Source: the human T2T-CHM13v2.0 reference genome, Homo sapiens. Taken from it: a DNA stretch of 64,000 bases. Below are positions 1 to 64,000 of the stretch, in pieces. The notes under the pieces were generated by a model. It was not told the DNA's origin. It did no database searches and saw only the letters and a program-made list of their open reading frames with translations. The number at the start of each line of letters is the position of its first letter. The stretch's first letter is position 1. Position numbers and translations under genes: made by a program. The stretch is from assembly GCF_009914755.1 (NCBI RefSeq), contig NC_060941.1; one strand, written 5' to 3'.

Positions 1-2333
<2,333 letters not shown>

Positions 2334-3589
2334 TTAAAAAATATGTGAAGTCTTCTCAGAAAGATTATTGGATACCAAAGGTACTTTCTGGCTTCAGGCC
2401 TGTGGCCCTTGGGGCTGTCCTTGGACAAATGCTAGGAGGTCCTTGGAACTCAATGCCTGTTTATAAAAGGGTGGGGGGTGGGGGGTGGGGGTGTTACAGA
2501 CAGCCTCCACCAGGAAGCGGCCTCAGCCTAGCCATATTATCTAGAAACTTCCACTGCCTGTTCCTGTTACTCCACTCCTTACCCTTCAAGTGCCCCAGAC
2601 ACAACTATATCCCCTAATGTTTTCTCCCCTCTGATTCTCCCAGCCTTTCAACCCCATTTCTTCCCATTCCAACCCCAACTAGGAGCATCCTCTGTCCCCT
2701 AGTCTATTCTCCATCATGCCCTCACTTACAGCTCCCATTAGCTCAAGGCAAAAGCTGCTTGTCCCTCCCCTCCCAGTCACTCGCTCCCTTGGGCTATAAA
2801 TAGCATAGCTGTGCCTTAGATCGTGTTGAGAGCTTTAAGACTTAGTCCCCCTTCCCCCCATCCCTTCCCCTTTAACACAACAGGGAGAACAAGCCTAAAG
2901 CTTCCAGTTAGGGTGGGCAAGCCCAAGAAGGAGGGGGTCCGGGGGAAGGGAATGAGAAAAGCTGTGCTGAATTCGGAACCACACAGAATATGGTAACTTT
3001 GCCATCTGTTGTCAGGGACTCTCCGCTTTTCCCCCAGCCTGCTACCCATTCCCTGCCACTTGCTCCTGGAGGAAGAGGAGCAGCAGGAGTTAGCAGAATT
3101 CTAACAATTCTCTTTTAACCCTTGCGATCATCCTATGGGCAGGTGCTATCTTGATTTTACCAATGAAGCCAAAGACTCTAAGAGATTAAATGGCATAACC
3201 CAATATTTAGAGTGGTTGGTCTGTGGGCTAACTGATCCCACGTCTGACTTTTGCCTATGCTAAGTCTGTCCGCATCATTGATTTAGGCCCCTCTAAATCA
3301 GAATTTCTATTGATGTGACCTGATTTGGAAGAAAAAGAGGTCTCCTAAACAAATTACTAATGTAGCAATGCATAAATGGAAAACATTAAAGACTCGGCAT
3401 GTTCACAAAAATGATGCTATCATAATTTTATCTTATCTGTTTACTAAAGCAGGACTCTACAAAAATCTGTTCCTTGAAGTTTTTTTTAGTTACTGTATGT
3501 TCTCAGAAGTTTTTGAAATACAAAGCAATTTTACTTCTTCTATTTCAAGATTTGCCCTCCACTTTACATTCTCTCAAGTTAGTCCTGAG

Positions 3590-4098
3590 TAGTGAGTTAG
3601 AAGTCTGGTCTTTTTTCTGTCACTTACTGTTGGGCAAAACGCTTAATGGAGCCCCAGTTTTTTGCCTGTGAAGTGCGGATAATAATAGCACCTACCTCAT
3701 TGCTATCGTGAGAATTAATCTACACAAAGGAGGCCGGGCATGGTGGCTCACGCCTATATTCCCAGCACTTTGGGAGGCCGAGGTGGGTGGATCACTTTGA
3801 GGCCAGGAGTTCGACACCAGCCTAGCCAACAGGGTGAAACCCCATCTTTACTAAAAATACAAAAATTAGCCAGGCGTGGTGGCATGTGCCTGTAATCCCA
3901 GCTACTCAGGAAGCTGAGGCTGGAGGATCCCTTGAGCCCAAGAGTTCAAGGCTGCAGTGTGCTTTGATTACCACCACACTCCAGCCTGGGTGACAGAGTG
4001 AGACTCTGTCTCAAAACAAAACAAAACAAAAACAAAGCAATTAGCACACTGCTTGGCCCATAGAAGGTGCTCAGTAAATCACAGCAATTATTATTATT
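3590..4098 (+). mobile_element. MIR interrupted by an Alu (~3732-4032)
   Basis: MIR core (gataataatagcacctacctcat ... ttagcacactgcttggcccatagaaggtgctcagtaaat) split by an Alu. Confidence 0.75.
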
Positions 4099-4137
4099 TC
4101 TCAGCTGTGGGAATTATTATTATTCCCACAGCTGAGA
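4099..4137. repeat. Perfect 16-bp inverted repeat with 7-nt spacer
   Basis: TCTCAGCTGTGGGAAT-tattatt-ATTCCCACAGCTGAGA. Confidence 0.95.
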
Positions 4138-4734
4138 TGCTGTGGGAACATCACCATCATTTCAGTAGGGAGAAGCTGAGCTTCACTATCCGTGGTTTGG
4201 CTCCTGTTCTTCAAAGGACTTGGAGTTGATCCTGTTTCCTGCCCTGTCTTATCCAGACATTTTCATCCCCCTTTTTCTGGCCTAGACCAGTAAGGGAATA
4301 TACCATCCATCTCCTGAGAATTCAGGCCACTGCTGGAACCTGGAGAGGCAGCAAAGGAGGGTGTGTGTGAAAGGCTGGGAGGAGAGTTCCCATGGACACT
4401 GGGGACATGTGAAGGCCCTGGGGAGTTGCTGTGACCCTGGGTCTCTGCCTAGAGCAGTGAATGCTGGGGAGAAAAAAGGACATCATCTGCCAAACAAATT
4501 TCCAGTGCTGCAGAGCCCCTTTAGGATAAACACACAGGGCTGAGTAATCTAGGGAAGAAACAAAGGCCTGGGATAGAGTGGGATCTCCCTAGCACACCCT
4601 ATCTTTTTCCATTTGCTTAGCACATACTTTTTCTTCTCCTAAACAAGGGTGCCAGGATATACTAGCATTCCTAAGCTTCAGTATTCATCTGGAAAGGGCT
4701 TCCGTTTAACCAGCCCCCTGGAGGTTAGTATTGC

Positions 4735-7085
<2,351 letters not shown>

Positions 7086-7086
7086 G

Positions 7087-7380
<294 letters not shown>

Positions 7381-8054
7381 AAGGCATCCCATTGGCAGAA
7401 CCCTTGTTTCCAGCCCAGGGATGAAGGTAGCCAGTTGGTAATTGTGAAGAACCTGCCTGGAAAGAGATGGACCTGGAAAAACAGGAGCAGCTCAGGAACC
7501 AGAATGTGTTCCTTAGTACTCATGTGCAAAATATATGCTAAATTACATGCAAATCAATGTCCAATCATTATAATCTCTGGCAATTTGGTAACTAATGCTG
7601 TTACACTATCTGGTCTAGGACATTTCTGGCTCCCTGGGGCCAGATCCTGCTCTGTAGCTCCCACAGGAGAAACCATCACAGACCAAAGGCCAGCGGGGGC
7701 CCCAGCACTCAAGGACTGTTTCTCCCACCACCATCTGTGGACTTTTCCAGCTGTTTTTCTTGGCCCAAGGATCACACCCATAGGGATGCAGATGGGGGAA
7801 GGGGAAGCTGAGAAAGCAGTGAAGACAGAATGAGCTGGGGAAGAGGCAGATGGTAGGAAATGGAGACGGAGAAATGGCACTAATGGCCCAGCCACCTGAG
7901 ATGGGATACCTGGGAGGGACATCTTTTCAAGTAGAGGCTGTGTTGGGGCATGGTGAGAGAGGGTCTTAGCAGGTAACCTTCCTTTCCTCTCCAGACTGAG
8001 GAATCAGAGTTCTGATTGTGGAGTGCCTCTCTCTAGGACGGGGCTGCAGCATAG

Positions 8055-10290
<2,236 letters not shown>

Positions 10291-10348
10291 GACTCCTATA
10301 GGAGCCGGGGCTGTCCAACTCCCCTAACTCAATCCCTGGTACATTCCT

Positions 10349-10354
10349 AATAAA
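10349..10354 (+). terminator. HIGD1B: HIGD1B polyadenylation signal AATAAA
   Basis: Canonical AATAAA about 60 nt after the stop codon. Confidence 0.8.
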
Positions 10355-11167
10355 GCAGTTTTGAGGAAAATCAACAGACTCTTTTTCACTGGGGGAGAAC
10401 AGAGTAAGGGACTGGTGGTAGCTGGGGAGAGGACTTGGAGTAAATGGCTGGAAATCAAAGTGCTCTGGCCCCCTACTCCAGGGCAAGGAAGATTCTTAGG
10501 GGAGGCAGCAGTTTCCTGAGGAGGTGGTGGGGTAGACTTCTGATCGCAGGAACCCAACAACTCCCAAGCCATCTTAGGTCCCACCCAGAAGCAGCATGGA
10601 GTGGGAGCAAGGGGGCAATAATGGGGCCTTGGCGCTCATGGGAACACTGAATTAAAAGGCAGGCGGCTTCCCTGGGGACCCAGGCAGGAAGGAGGCTGCA
10701 GCTGGAAGCAGAGGCAGTGAAGCCTCTTGGGAGATGACATATATTCAGAATGTAAGCACCAGACGGGGCAGGGGAGACGAGGATGAAAGGAGCAGAGCAA
10801 GACAGAGGTCAGAATGTTCTGTTCACTTGCAAACCATGGCTAAGGTCAAACTTGTAGAAAATAAAATTCCATGTAAATCCCAAAGATAGGGCCCCTTGGG
10901 GTTTCATCCCCTTCTCTTTCTGTGAGCCCAAGCTCCTCTCTTTTCCTTGGGAATGGAGCCCGGCAGAGGCCACAGAAGGAAGCAGGAGGCCAAATGCTCC
11001 TCTCTCACTGGGGCTCTGGGTTGGAGGTTGGTGAGTTGTTCAAGATGGCAACAGCAGCTTCCAGACACTCTCTGACAACACGAAGGCCACGTCATATGAG
11101 GTCTCAGCTTCAAGTACAGGAGTTGCAGCCCACTGTAGGGAGCAGGAGCTCCCAGGAGTCCACGCAC

Positions 11168-54453
<43,286 letters not shown>

Positions 54454-54769
54454 TCAAGGCCTTCATGTGGTGGCTCCACCTGTCTAGTCTTAGTCTTATG
54501 GTTGGCCATACCCCTTTCACATGCCTCCTCTCCAGTGACATCAACCTACTGAATGCTCCTCCCAAAGCCCAGTACTTTCCCCAAGTCTCTGCCTTACTTG
54601 TCTCTATTTATGTAGTCTTCCCTCCACTTTTCTTGTTTTGGGTTTTAAGGAGCAGAGAGTTGAATAGGCAAGAAGGAAGAAAGAAGACAGAAGGAAGAAG
54701 CTCCGCCGTACAGAGATGGGGCGTGGGGGGCGCTCCAAAGCCAAAAGAGGAGGTCCCCCTCCCTCCACT

Positions 54770-56090
<1,321 letters not shown>

Positions 56091-56248
56091 TTTCTCCACT
56101 TCAATTACTGAAATTCTATTCAAAGAAACAGTTCAAATGCCACCACCTCCTTCAAGCTTTCCTAGCTCCTCAATTTCTCATTCCTCTATCCTACTAGAGC
56201 TTTTTGCACCTTTATCAGTATTTAATTTTGTCTTAAATAGTAGTTAAC

Positions 56249-58785
<2,537 letters not shown>

Positions 58786-59252
58786 ACTCTAACAAGGTAC
58801 ACAGAATATAGCTGATTTGCCCACAGTTACACAAAACTAGCGACTCATGGTAACAAACCTCACTGCCGCTTCCCGCTACAATGCAGGAGCTCAGAGGACT
58901 TCGGAGGGAACTTGGCAAAGAACGGCTGAAAGCGGCACGGATAGAAGAGGAAGTGAGCGAGGGGACTGGACAGTTAGAGCACCACTCCTACCTAGCGATA
59001 CGATTTTACGGACTGAGGCTATAGAGGCAGCCCCGAAATCGAGGTGTGTGCGTGTGTGCGCGCTTCGGAAGCCTTGGGAAGGCACGAGGACGACAGGGTC
59101 TTCCATTCTTTTTCCCGCTCCAGGCCTCAATTTACCGATCCGTAAAGCGAAAGGGGCCAATAGCATATAAGGCCCCTTCCAGATCTGACGCTTTTTAATT
59201 TCCTATCCCACCTGGAGCAACCCTTCCGTGCCGCTGACCCGCTTCAACTTAC

Positions 59253-59330
59253 CTCTCGCCTGCTCAGCTAAGAGTTCCCAGGCCGCTGCCGGAGATCGTG
59301 CTTCCGCCCCACGCCGAGGAAACGCCTGCG
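59253..59330 (-). other. EFTUD2: EFTUD2 non-coding exon 1 (TSS approximate)
   Basis: Strong donor GAGAG|gtaagt at 59253/59252 inside the CpG island. Confidence 0.8.
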
Positions 59331-59589
59331 CCCGCCGCCAGGAAGGACCCCGCAGACGCCGCTGTCGCCTTTCTGCCCGGGAGGACAACCCTCTGCCTGA
59401 GGACCAGTTCCGAGGTATGCCCGCCGCGGACTGGCAAGGCGGAGTAGCGGGCCCCCAAGACGAGTAGCCCAAGACGTGGGCTGCTCCAAAGAGGGTGAGA
59501 GCTGAGGATGAACGAATCTGATCAGGCGCCTCGGGACCACCCTGAAAATGGGGGGAGGGGCCTTCGGGCAGATCACGTGGTCAGGCTGT

Positions 59590-59743
59590 TAGCGCAGTTG
59601 CTAGGCAACCACAGCTGCGGGCGTGGTCTGCGCGGGGTTGCCCTCCTGTTCTGGTTTATCAGGGGATCCCCAAAGAAAGCAAGGGGACCAAGGCCGGGAC
59701 TGCTGGGGTGAAGGTCCGGGAGGCTGAGTAAGGGGACGGAAGG
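59590..59743 (+). other. CCDC103: CCDC103 non-coding first exon (boundaries approximate)
   Basis: Candidate donors GA|gtaagg (59727/8) and AAGG|gttagt (59743/4). The acceptor at 60872, 9 nt before the ATG, requires an upstream exon. Confidence 0.55.
59597..59609. promoter_or_regulatory. RFX X-box GTTGCTAGGCAAC
   Basis: GTTGC-TAG-GCAAC palindrome matching the RFX X-box typical of ciliary gene promoters, at the CCDC103 5' end. Confidence 0.8.
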
Positions 59744-60017
59744 GTTAGTTCTATGTATTAAATGCCTGGGGAGGGCTGAGAACTGGACACCTGATTTCGG
59801 TTACTGGCCACCCCAGCCCCTTCTTGGCGTTCAGATTCCCTACGTTGGGGTAGGGTGGCTATGGGATTGGTTGGGGACTTCCTGCTTCCTTGCGCTAGGG
59901 CTGTTGGTGATGACCCCGCCACAAAATCTAGCTCAACTCACTAGGAGTTTGCAGTTCAGAGAGGTCCCACAAGTAAATGCCAGAGCCACGACTAGAACCC
60001 ACGTAGAGAATCTCTCT

Positions 60018-60185
60018 GCAGTGGCTCACGCCTGTAATCCCAGCACTTTGGGAGGCCGAGGCGCGCGGATTACTTGAGGTCAGGATCGAAAATTGCTTGA
60101 ACCCCGGAGGCAGAGGTTGCAATGAGCCAAGATCGCGCCACTGCACTCCAGGCTGGGCAACAGAGCCAGAAAAAAAAAAAAGAAA
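60018..60185 (+). mobile_element. Internally deleted Alu in CCDC103 intron 1
   Basis: Left-arm start joined directly to the right-arm end (gaggtcaggatcgaaaattgcttgaacc). Confidence 0.8.
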
Positions 60186-60881
60186 AGAATATCTCTGTAG
60201 AAATGATCAGTCAGCCTCAGATATGCAGAAACTACAGAAGTACAGTGATAGAACTAAAGGCATTGCCCAGGTACCTAGGGACCTCTGTTCCAGCCCTGGG
60301 CTGGACAGAGGGATTTGGGGATGGGGTCATTGAGCTCCTTCCTTTGCCCCTTCTACTTGATTTCCTGCTCAGTCATTGCATCTGGTTTGGGTGAAAGTCT
60401 CCTTCCTCATTAAAGACATTCAATGAAGAATGAAACTTTATCCCCGAGCTCAAGGGTAACTAACAAGAGTTCTGCCTTTGTGTGAGGTCCCCTGTCGAAA
60501 CGACTTGCTGTAGAACAATCCTATGGGGGAAGAGTGAAGAAACTGAATTCTGAGATCCAAATGCCTCCTCGACTGAAGCACCAAAATTAAAAATATTTTT
60601 AGAGGCAAAGAGCAAAATTAAGACAGAACTCCAAATTGAAAGTCAGGACTCTGTATTCTATTTTCAGGGACAAGTCTTGTGTAAGTCCTCACTGTGAAAT
60701 TCAACTTGTCTTTGTAAAATAGAAAACCAGATTTTTGTAACACCTCCCAATCTGAGTGACATGATGTCCAGAGTGCTTTGGGGTCATTTTGTGTTCTGGT
60801 GAATAATTCAGAGGTACCCTCTTTCCCCTGATATTGACTGTCCACTGACATGTATTCCCTTTGCCTTCCCAGGCACAGGCC

Positions 60882-61024
60882 ATGGAAAGGAATGACATCA
60901 TCAACTTCAAGGCTTTGGAGAAAGAGCTGCAGGCTGCACTCACTGCTGATGAGAAGTACAAACGGGAGAATGCTGCCAAGTTACGGGCAGTGGAACAGAG
61001 GGTGGCTTCCTATGAGGAGTTCAG
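60882..61024 (+). CDS. CCDC103: CCDC103 first coding exon
   Basis: ccttcccag|GCACAGGCCATGG (good Kozak) ... TTCAG|gttggc. Confidence 0.95.
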
Positions 61025-62700
61025 GTTGGCTCACTGCCATTTTTCTCAGGCCCTCCTGTTATGGTGGACTATAGTAGTTAACTCTGAAATCAAACCATTC
61101 TGGGCTTCAGTCCTGGCCCCACCGTCTACTGTTTGATCTTATGCAATTTCCTTAACTTCTCTGAGTCTCAATTATTTATCTGTAGAACAGTAACTGTTAT
61201 AATTAAATGAGTTCTTGCACATAAGACTGAGCAAGTGTCTGACACATGTGAGGTGCTTGAAAGCAGTCAGCTATCGCTGTTGTTATTATTATGGTCATAT
61301 TGGTCCGTAACAGGTTTATCCTATACCATGCAAAGTCTAGCTGCCTCACACCCACAGACACAGCATTAAGTCCATTGCCTAATTTCTGTCCTTTGCCTAC
61401 AGGGGTATTGTCCTTGCATCACATCTGAAGCCACTGGAGCGGAAGGATAAGATGGGAGGAAAGAGAACTGTGCCCTGGAACTGTCACACTATTCAGGGAA
61501 GGACCTTCCAGGATGTGGCCACTGAAATCTCCCCGGTAGGCGAGGCCCTGCCCCTTTAGTCCAGCAGGATTCTCTGCCCTAAAGCTTCAATCCTGTTTTT
61601 TCATTTTGTTTTGTTTTGTTTTGTTTTTTTAACCACACATACCTCTTCTTTATTTGTCATGTTAAACCAATAGAGATAGGTTTCTGCCTCCAATCCCAGA
61701 AAGAAAAACAAACAGCAGATGGCAAAGCTGAGTTGAAGTGGGCAGAATGAGTCAGAAAGTTGGGCTAGGAAGGTCGGCTTCCCTTAGTCCTTTGACTTTC
61801 ATTCTCAGATCAGAATTGGGATGCTCTGCCTCTGGGTTGTATGGTGTCTAGTGTAATGATCCTGTGGCAGTGTTGAGAGAGAGACCCCAACATTCAGATC
61901 CTTGAGTTCCTTTCTCTCTTCCTGAGATTTCCAATCAACCCATCCACCCGACTTACAGTAAACCCTGACTTACTCTTGAAGACCAGAGCTATGTCTCCAT
62001 TCATGAGTAGGAAAATTCCAGTATAAATGAGAATCTCAAATCATGGCGTGGATTCCTTGGGGCCCTCCCTGTTTCATCCCCAGTTTCCTCATCTGAAAAT
62101 GAGGCCGCCAAGGACCACAGCTTTCCCAGTGCTCAGACAGTAGTGAGATGAAGACAGTAAGATGAAGAGCTACAGGCTCCCCTCACTGTCACTGTTGCAG
62201 AACAGCTGGAAGAGCTCCTGACTCCCTTTCCTTCCTTTGTGGTCCAGGAGAAAGCCCCCCTCCAGCCCGAGACGTCTGCTGACTTCTATCGTGATTGGCG
62301 ACGACACTTGCCAAGTGGGCCAGAGCGCTACCAGGCTCTACTGCAGCTTGGGGGTCCAAGGCTCGGCTGCCTCTTCCAGACAGATGTGGGATTTGGACTT
62401 CTTGGGGAGCTGCTGGTGGCACTGGCTGATCACGTGGGGCCGGCTGACCGGGCAGCGGTGCTGGGGATCCTATGCAGCCTGGCGAGCACTGGGCGCTTCA
62501 CCCTGAACCTAAGCCTGCTGAGCCGGGCAGAGAGAGAGAGCTGCAAGGGCTTGTTTCAGAAGCTGCAAGCCATGGGCAACCCCAGATCCGTGAAGGAGGG
62601 GCTCAGCTGGGAGGAGCAGGGTCTGGAGGAGCAGTCTGGTGGGCTCCAGGAGGAGGAGAGGCTCCTGCAGGAGCTGCTGGAGCTGTACCAGGTTGACTGA
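60882..62700 (+). CDS. CCDC103: Coiled-coil domain-containing 103 / dynein axonemal assembly factor 19, join(60882..61024,61403..61535,62248..62700), 242 aa
   Basis: 143+133+453=729 nt; [20 protein letters not shown]...[17 protein letters not shown]...[23 protein letters not shown]...ELYQVD*; C-terminal RPAP3_C-like region. Confidence 0.96.
61403..61535 (+). CDS. CCDC103: CCDC103 second coding exon
   Basis: cctacag|G GGT ATT GTC ... TCC CCG|gtaggc; [44 protein letters not shown]. Confidence 0.94.
62248..62700 (+). CDS. CCDC103: CCDC103 last coding exon
   Basis: ggtccag|GAG AAA GCC ... GTT GAC TGA; matches ORF 62239..62700. Confidence 0.95.
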
Positions 62701-63541
62701 TGCAGCAAGCTACCCTCAGAGGTCCCAGTGGTCACTGGAGGCAGTTTTTTGGTTGTTGTCTTGGGGGTTCTGCAGGACCATAATAAGAAACCCACACCTG
62801 GTTCCCTTCTCAACTTGGAATTTTCAGAGCAAAAACAGGAATCAAGTCTTCCCCACTTCTCCAGTCCCTCAGTGTCTCGCTGTTTTGAACTGTGTGTATC
62901 CATGGACAGTCAAGAGCTCAGGAAGTTGAGAGCGGTTTTGTTTCCCACCCTTAGAGTCTGCCAAGCCTCTAGCCCACTGGCCTTGAGAGATGAGTGTGTG
63001 CCCAACCAAATGCTGGCTATACCAGTTACAGCCTCCACTCATAAAAGGGAAAAAGCAAAATCTTTATGGTAAACAAACACTGATCTCCACAGCTCTTAAC
63101 AAGAATGTTTATAGCCCCAAACCAATGAATGGACATGTAATCAACAAATGATCAAATACTACATCATTTGAGGTGTTGAATTTTCCCCTAGAGACTCAGT
63201 TCTTGTGCAGGTTGGGCCTGGGAAAGTCCCAAGCCATCAGCTCAGGTCCAGCCAGCCTCCCGGATGGCCAGATATGCAGGAGGGTGGGTTTCCTTCATCC
63301 CCCAGGTTGATGAAAGACTTTTCCACCAGGCTGGCAGGGCAGGGCCTGGAGCACTGAGGCAGAGATCTCCCTGCCCGAGCACCTCGGCCCGCCCTTCTCA
63401 TTCCGGTTTCCTTTGACCCATTCTTGGGTGAGCGCCAGTGTTCTAGAAAGGGGAGTAAAGGCCAGGTTCTAGAATGGCTTTCCCCCCCCACCCTGAGATC
63501 AGGTCTGGAATGTTAGAAGGGCATCTTGTACATCCACTGGG

Positions 63542-63547
63542 AATAAA
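63542..63547 (+). terminator. CCDC103: Candidate CCDC103 polyadenylation signal AATAAA
   Basis: First canonical AATAAA after the CCDC103 stop. Confidence 0.55.
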
Positions 63548-63712
63548 TTGCCTTGCACTTGGCGGCTTCCTCTGCAGATTGTTGCTGCTTTTCCTGGCTG
63601 CATAATCCTTTCCTCATCCAGAGGCTTCCGCTTAGCAGAGCTTTCTAGGAGCCCTATGAGCCTTTAATGCCCTGGTTTTGCCCTGCCCCTCTGACCCCTG
63701 CCTCCTTCAGGT

Positions 63713-64000
63713 ATGCACCTGGCCCTCACCACTGTGCTCCTGTGGGCATGGGGGAGTCTCCAGGCCTTTGAAATTGTGGAGAAGGAAAACATTTTTCAGA
63801 GGACCCCCTGCCCTGCTTTCCTGATGTTTGAAAATGCAGCCTACCTGGCCGACATGAGCTTTGAGCTTCCCTGTCACTGCAAACCCGAAGAGGTGCCAGC
63901 TGTAGTCTGGTTCTACCAAAAGCACCTAGGTAGCAGCCACACCAAAGTGCTGACGGACTTTGATGGGCGGGTGCTGACGGAGGCAGCCCAGGTACGTGTG
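63713..64000 (+). CDS. FAM187A: Ig-like V-type domain-containing protein FAM187A, 5' part (continues beyond window)
   Basis: Open frame [96 protein letters not shown], with a signal-peptide-like N-terminus and Ig V-set 'LPC...VWFYQ' strands. Splice acceptor 2 nt before the ATG. Confidence 0.9.
   Translation, partial: MHLALTTVLLWAWGSLQAFEIVEKENIFQRTPCPAFLMFENAAYLADMSFELPCHCKPEEVPAVVWFYQKHLGSSHTKVLTDFDGRVLTEAAQVRV

Larger units (their letters stand above)
58860..59745. promoter_or_regulatory. CpG island / bidirectional promoter of EFTUD2 (-) and CCDC103 (+)
   Basis: GC- and CpG-rich, repeat-free block between divergent first exons. Contains an ETS-like CGGAAG (59301-59306, minus strand) overlapping a GC box and an E-box CACGTG at 59574-59579. 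Confidence 0.88.

Noticed and set aside
58847-59711. Several ORFs across the CpG island
   Set aside because: GC-rich sequence is depleted of stop codons; no coding signature
62350-62433. Known ciliary-dyskinesia alleles of CCDC103 (G-run frameshift near codon 128; His154Pro)
   Set aside because: The sequence shows an intact frame (five G) and CAC at codon 154, i.e. the normal allele
63040-64000. Possible antisense overlap with a long 3'UTR of the neighbouring GFAP gene
   Set aside because: Recalled from locus knowledge only; no GFAP exon is in the window and only non-AATAAA minus-strand poly(A) hexamers (63063, 63108, 63663) are visible

Overview
Human genomic DNA, identified by a near-consensus, human-specific AluYb8; I recognise it as the 17q21.31 HIGD1B-EFTUD2-CCDC103(DNAAF19)-FAM187A locus. 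Four genes were reconstructed by hand from splice sites and translation. HIGD1B (+) has 3 coding exons and 99 aa. EFTUD2/Snu114 (-) has 27 coding exons totalling 2919 nt (972 aa), all GT-AG. CCDC103 (+) has 3 coding exons and 242 aa. The first 96 codons of FAM187A (+) run off the window and are absent from the ORF track. EFTUD2 and CCDC103 share a CpG-island bidirectional promoter with a near-perfect RFX X-box; HIGD1B and EFTUD2 are convergent with stop codons about 880 bp apart. The rest is very Alu-dense (about 70 copies or fragments by eye) plus MIR, L2, old L1 and DNA-transposon relics, and most ORF-track entries are Alu or antisense noise. I found no new protein-coding system, CRISPR array or RNA gene. 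The best leads are a fold-back palindrome carrying three perfect RBPJ sites upstream of HIGD1B, the apparently promoterless FAM187A exon with an AG|GT dual splice site, an Alu with an internal inversion, a local duplication of an L1/MER58 junction, and candidate alternative EFTUD2 isoforms. Repeat boundaries and subfamily names are approximate.
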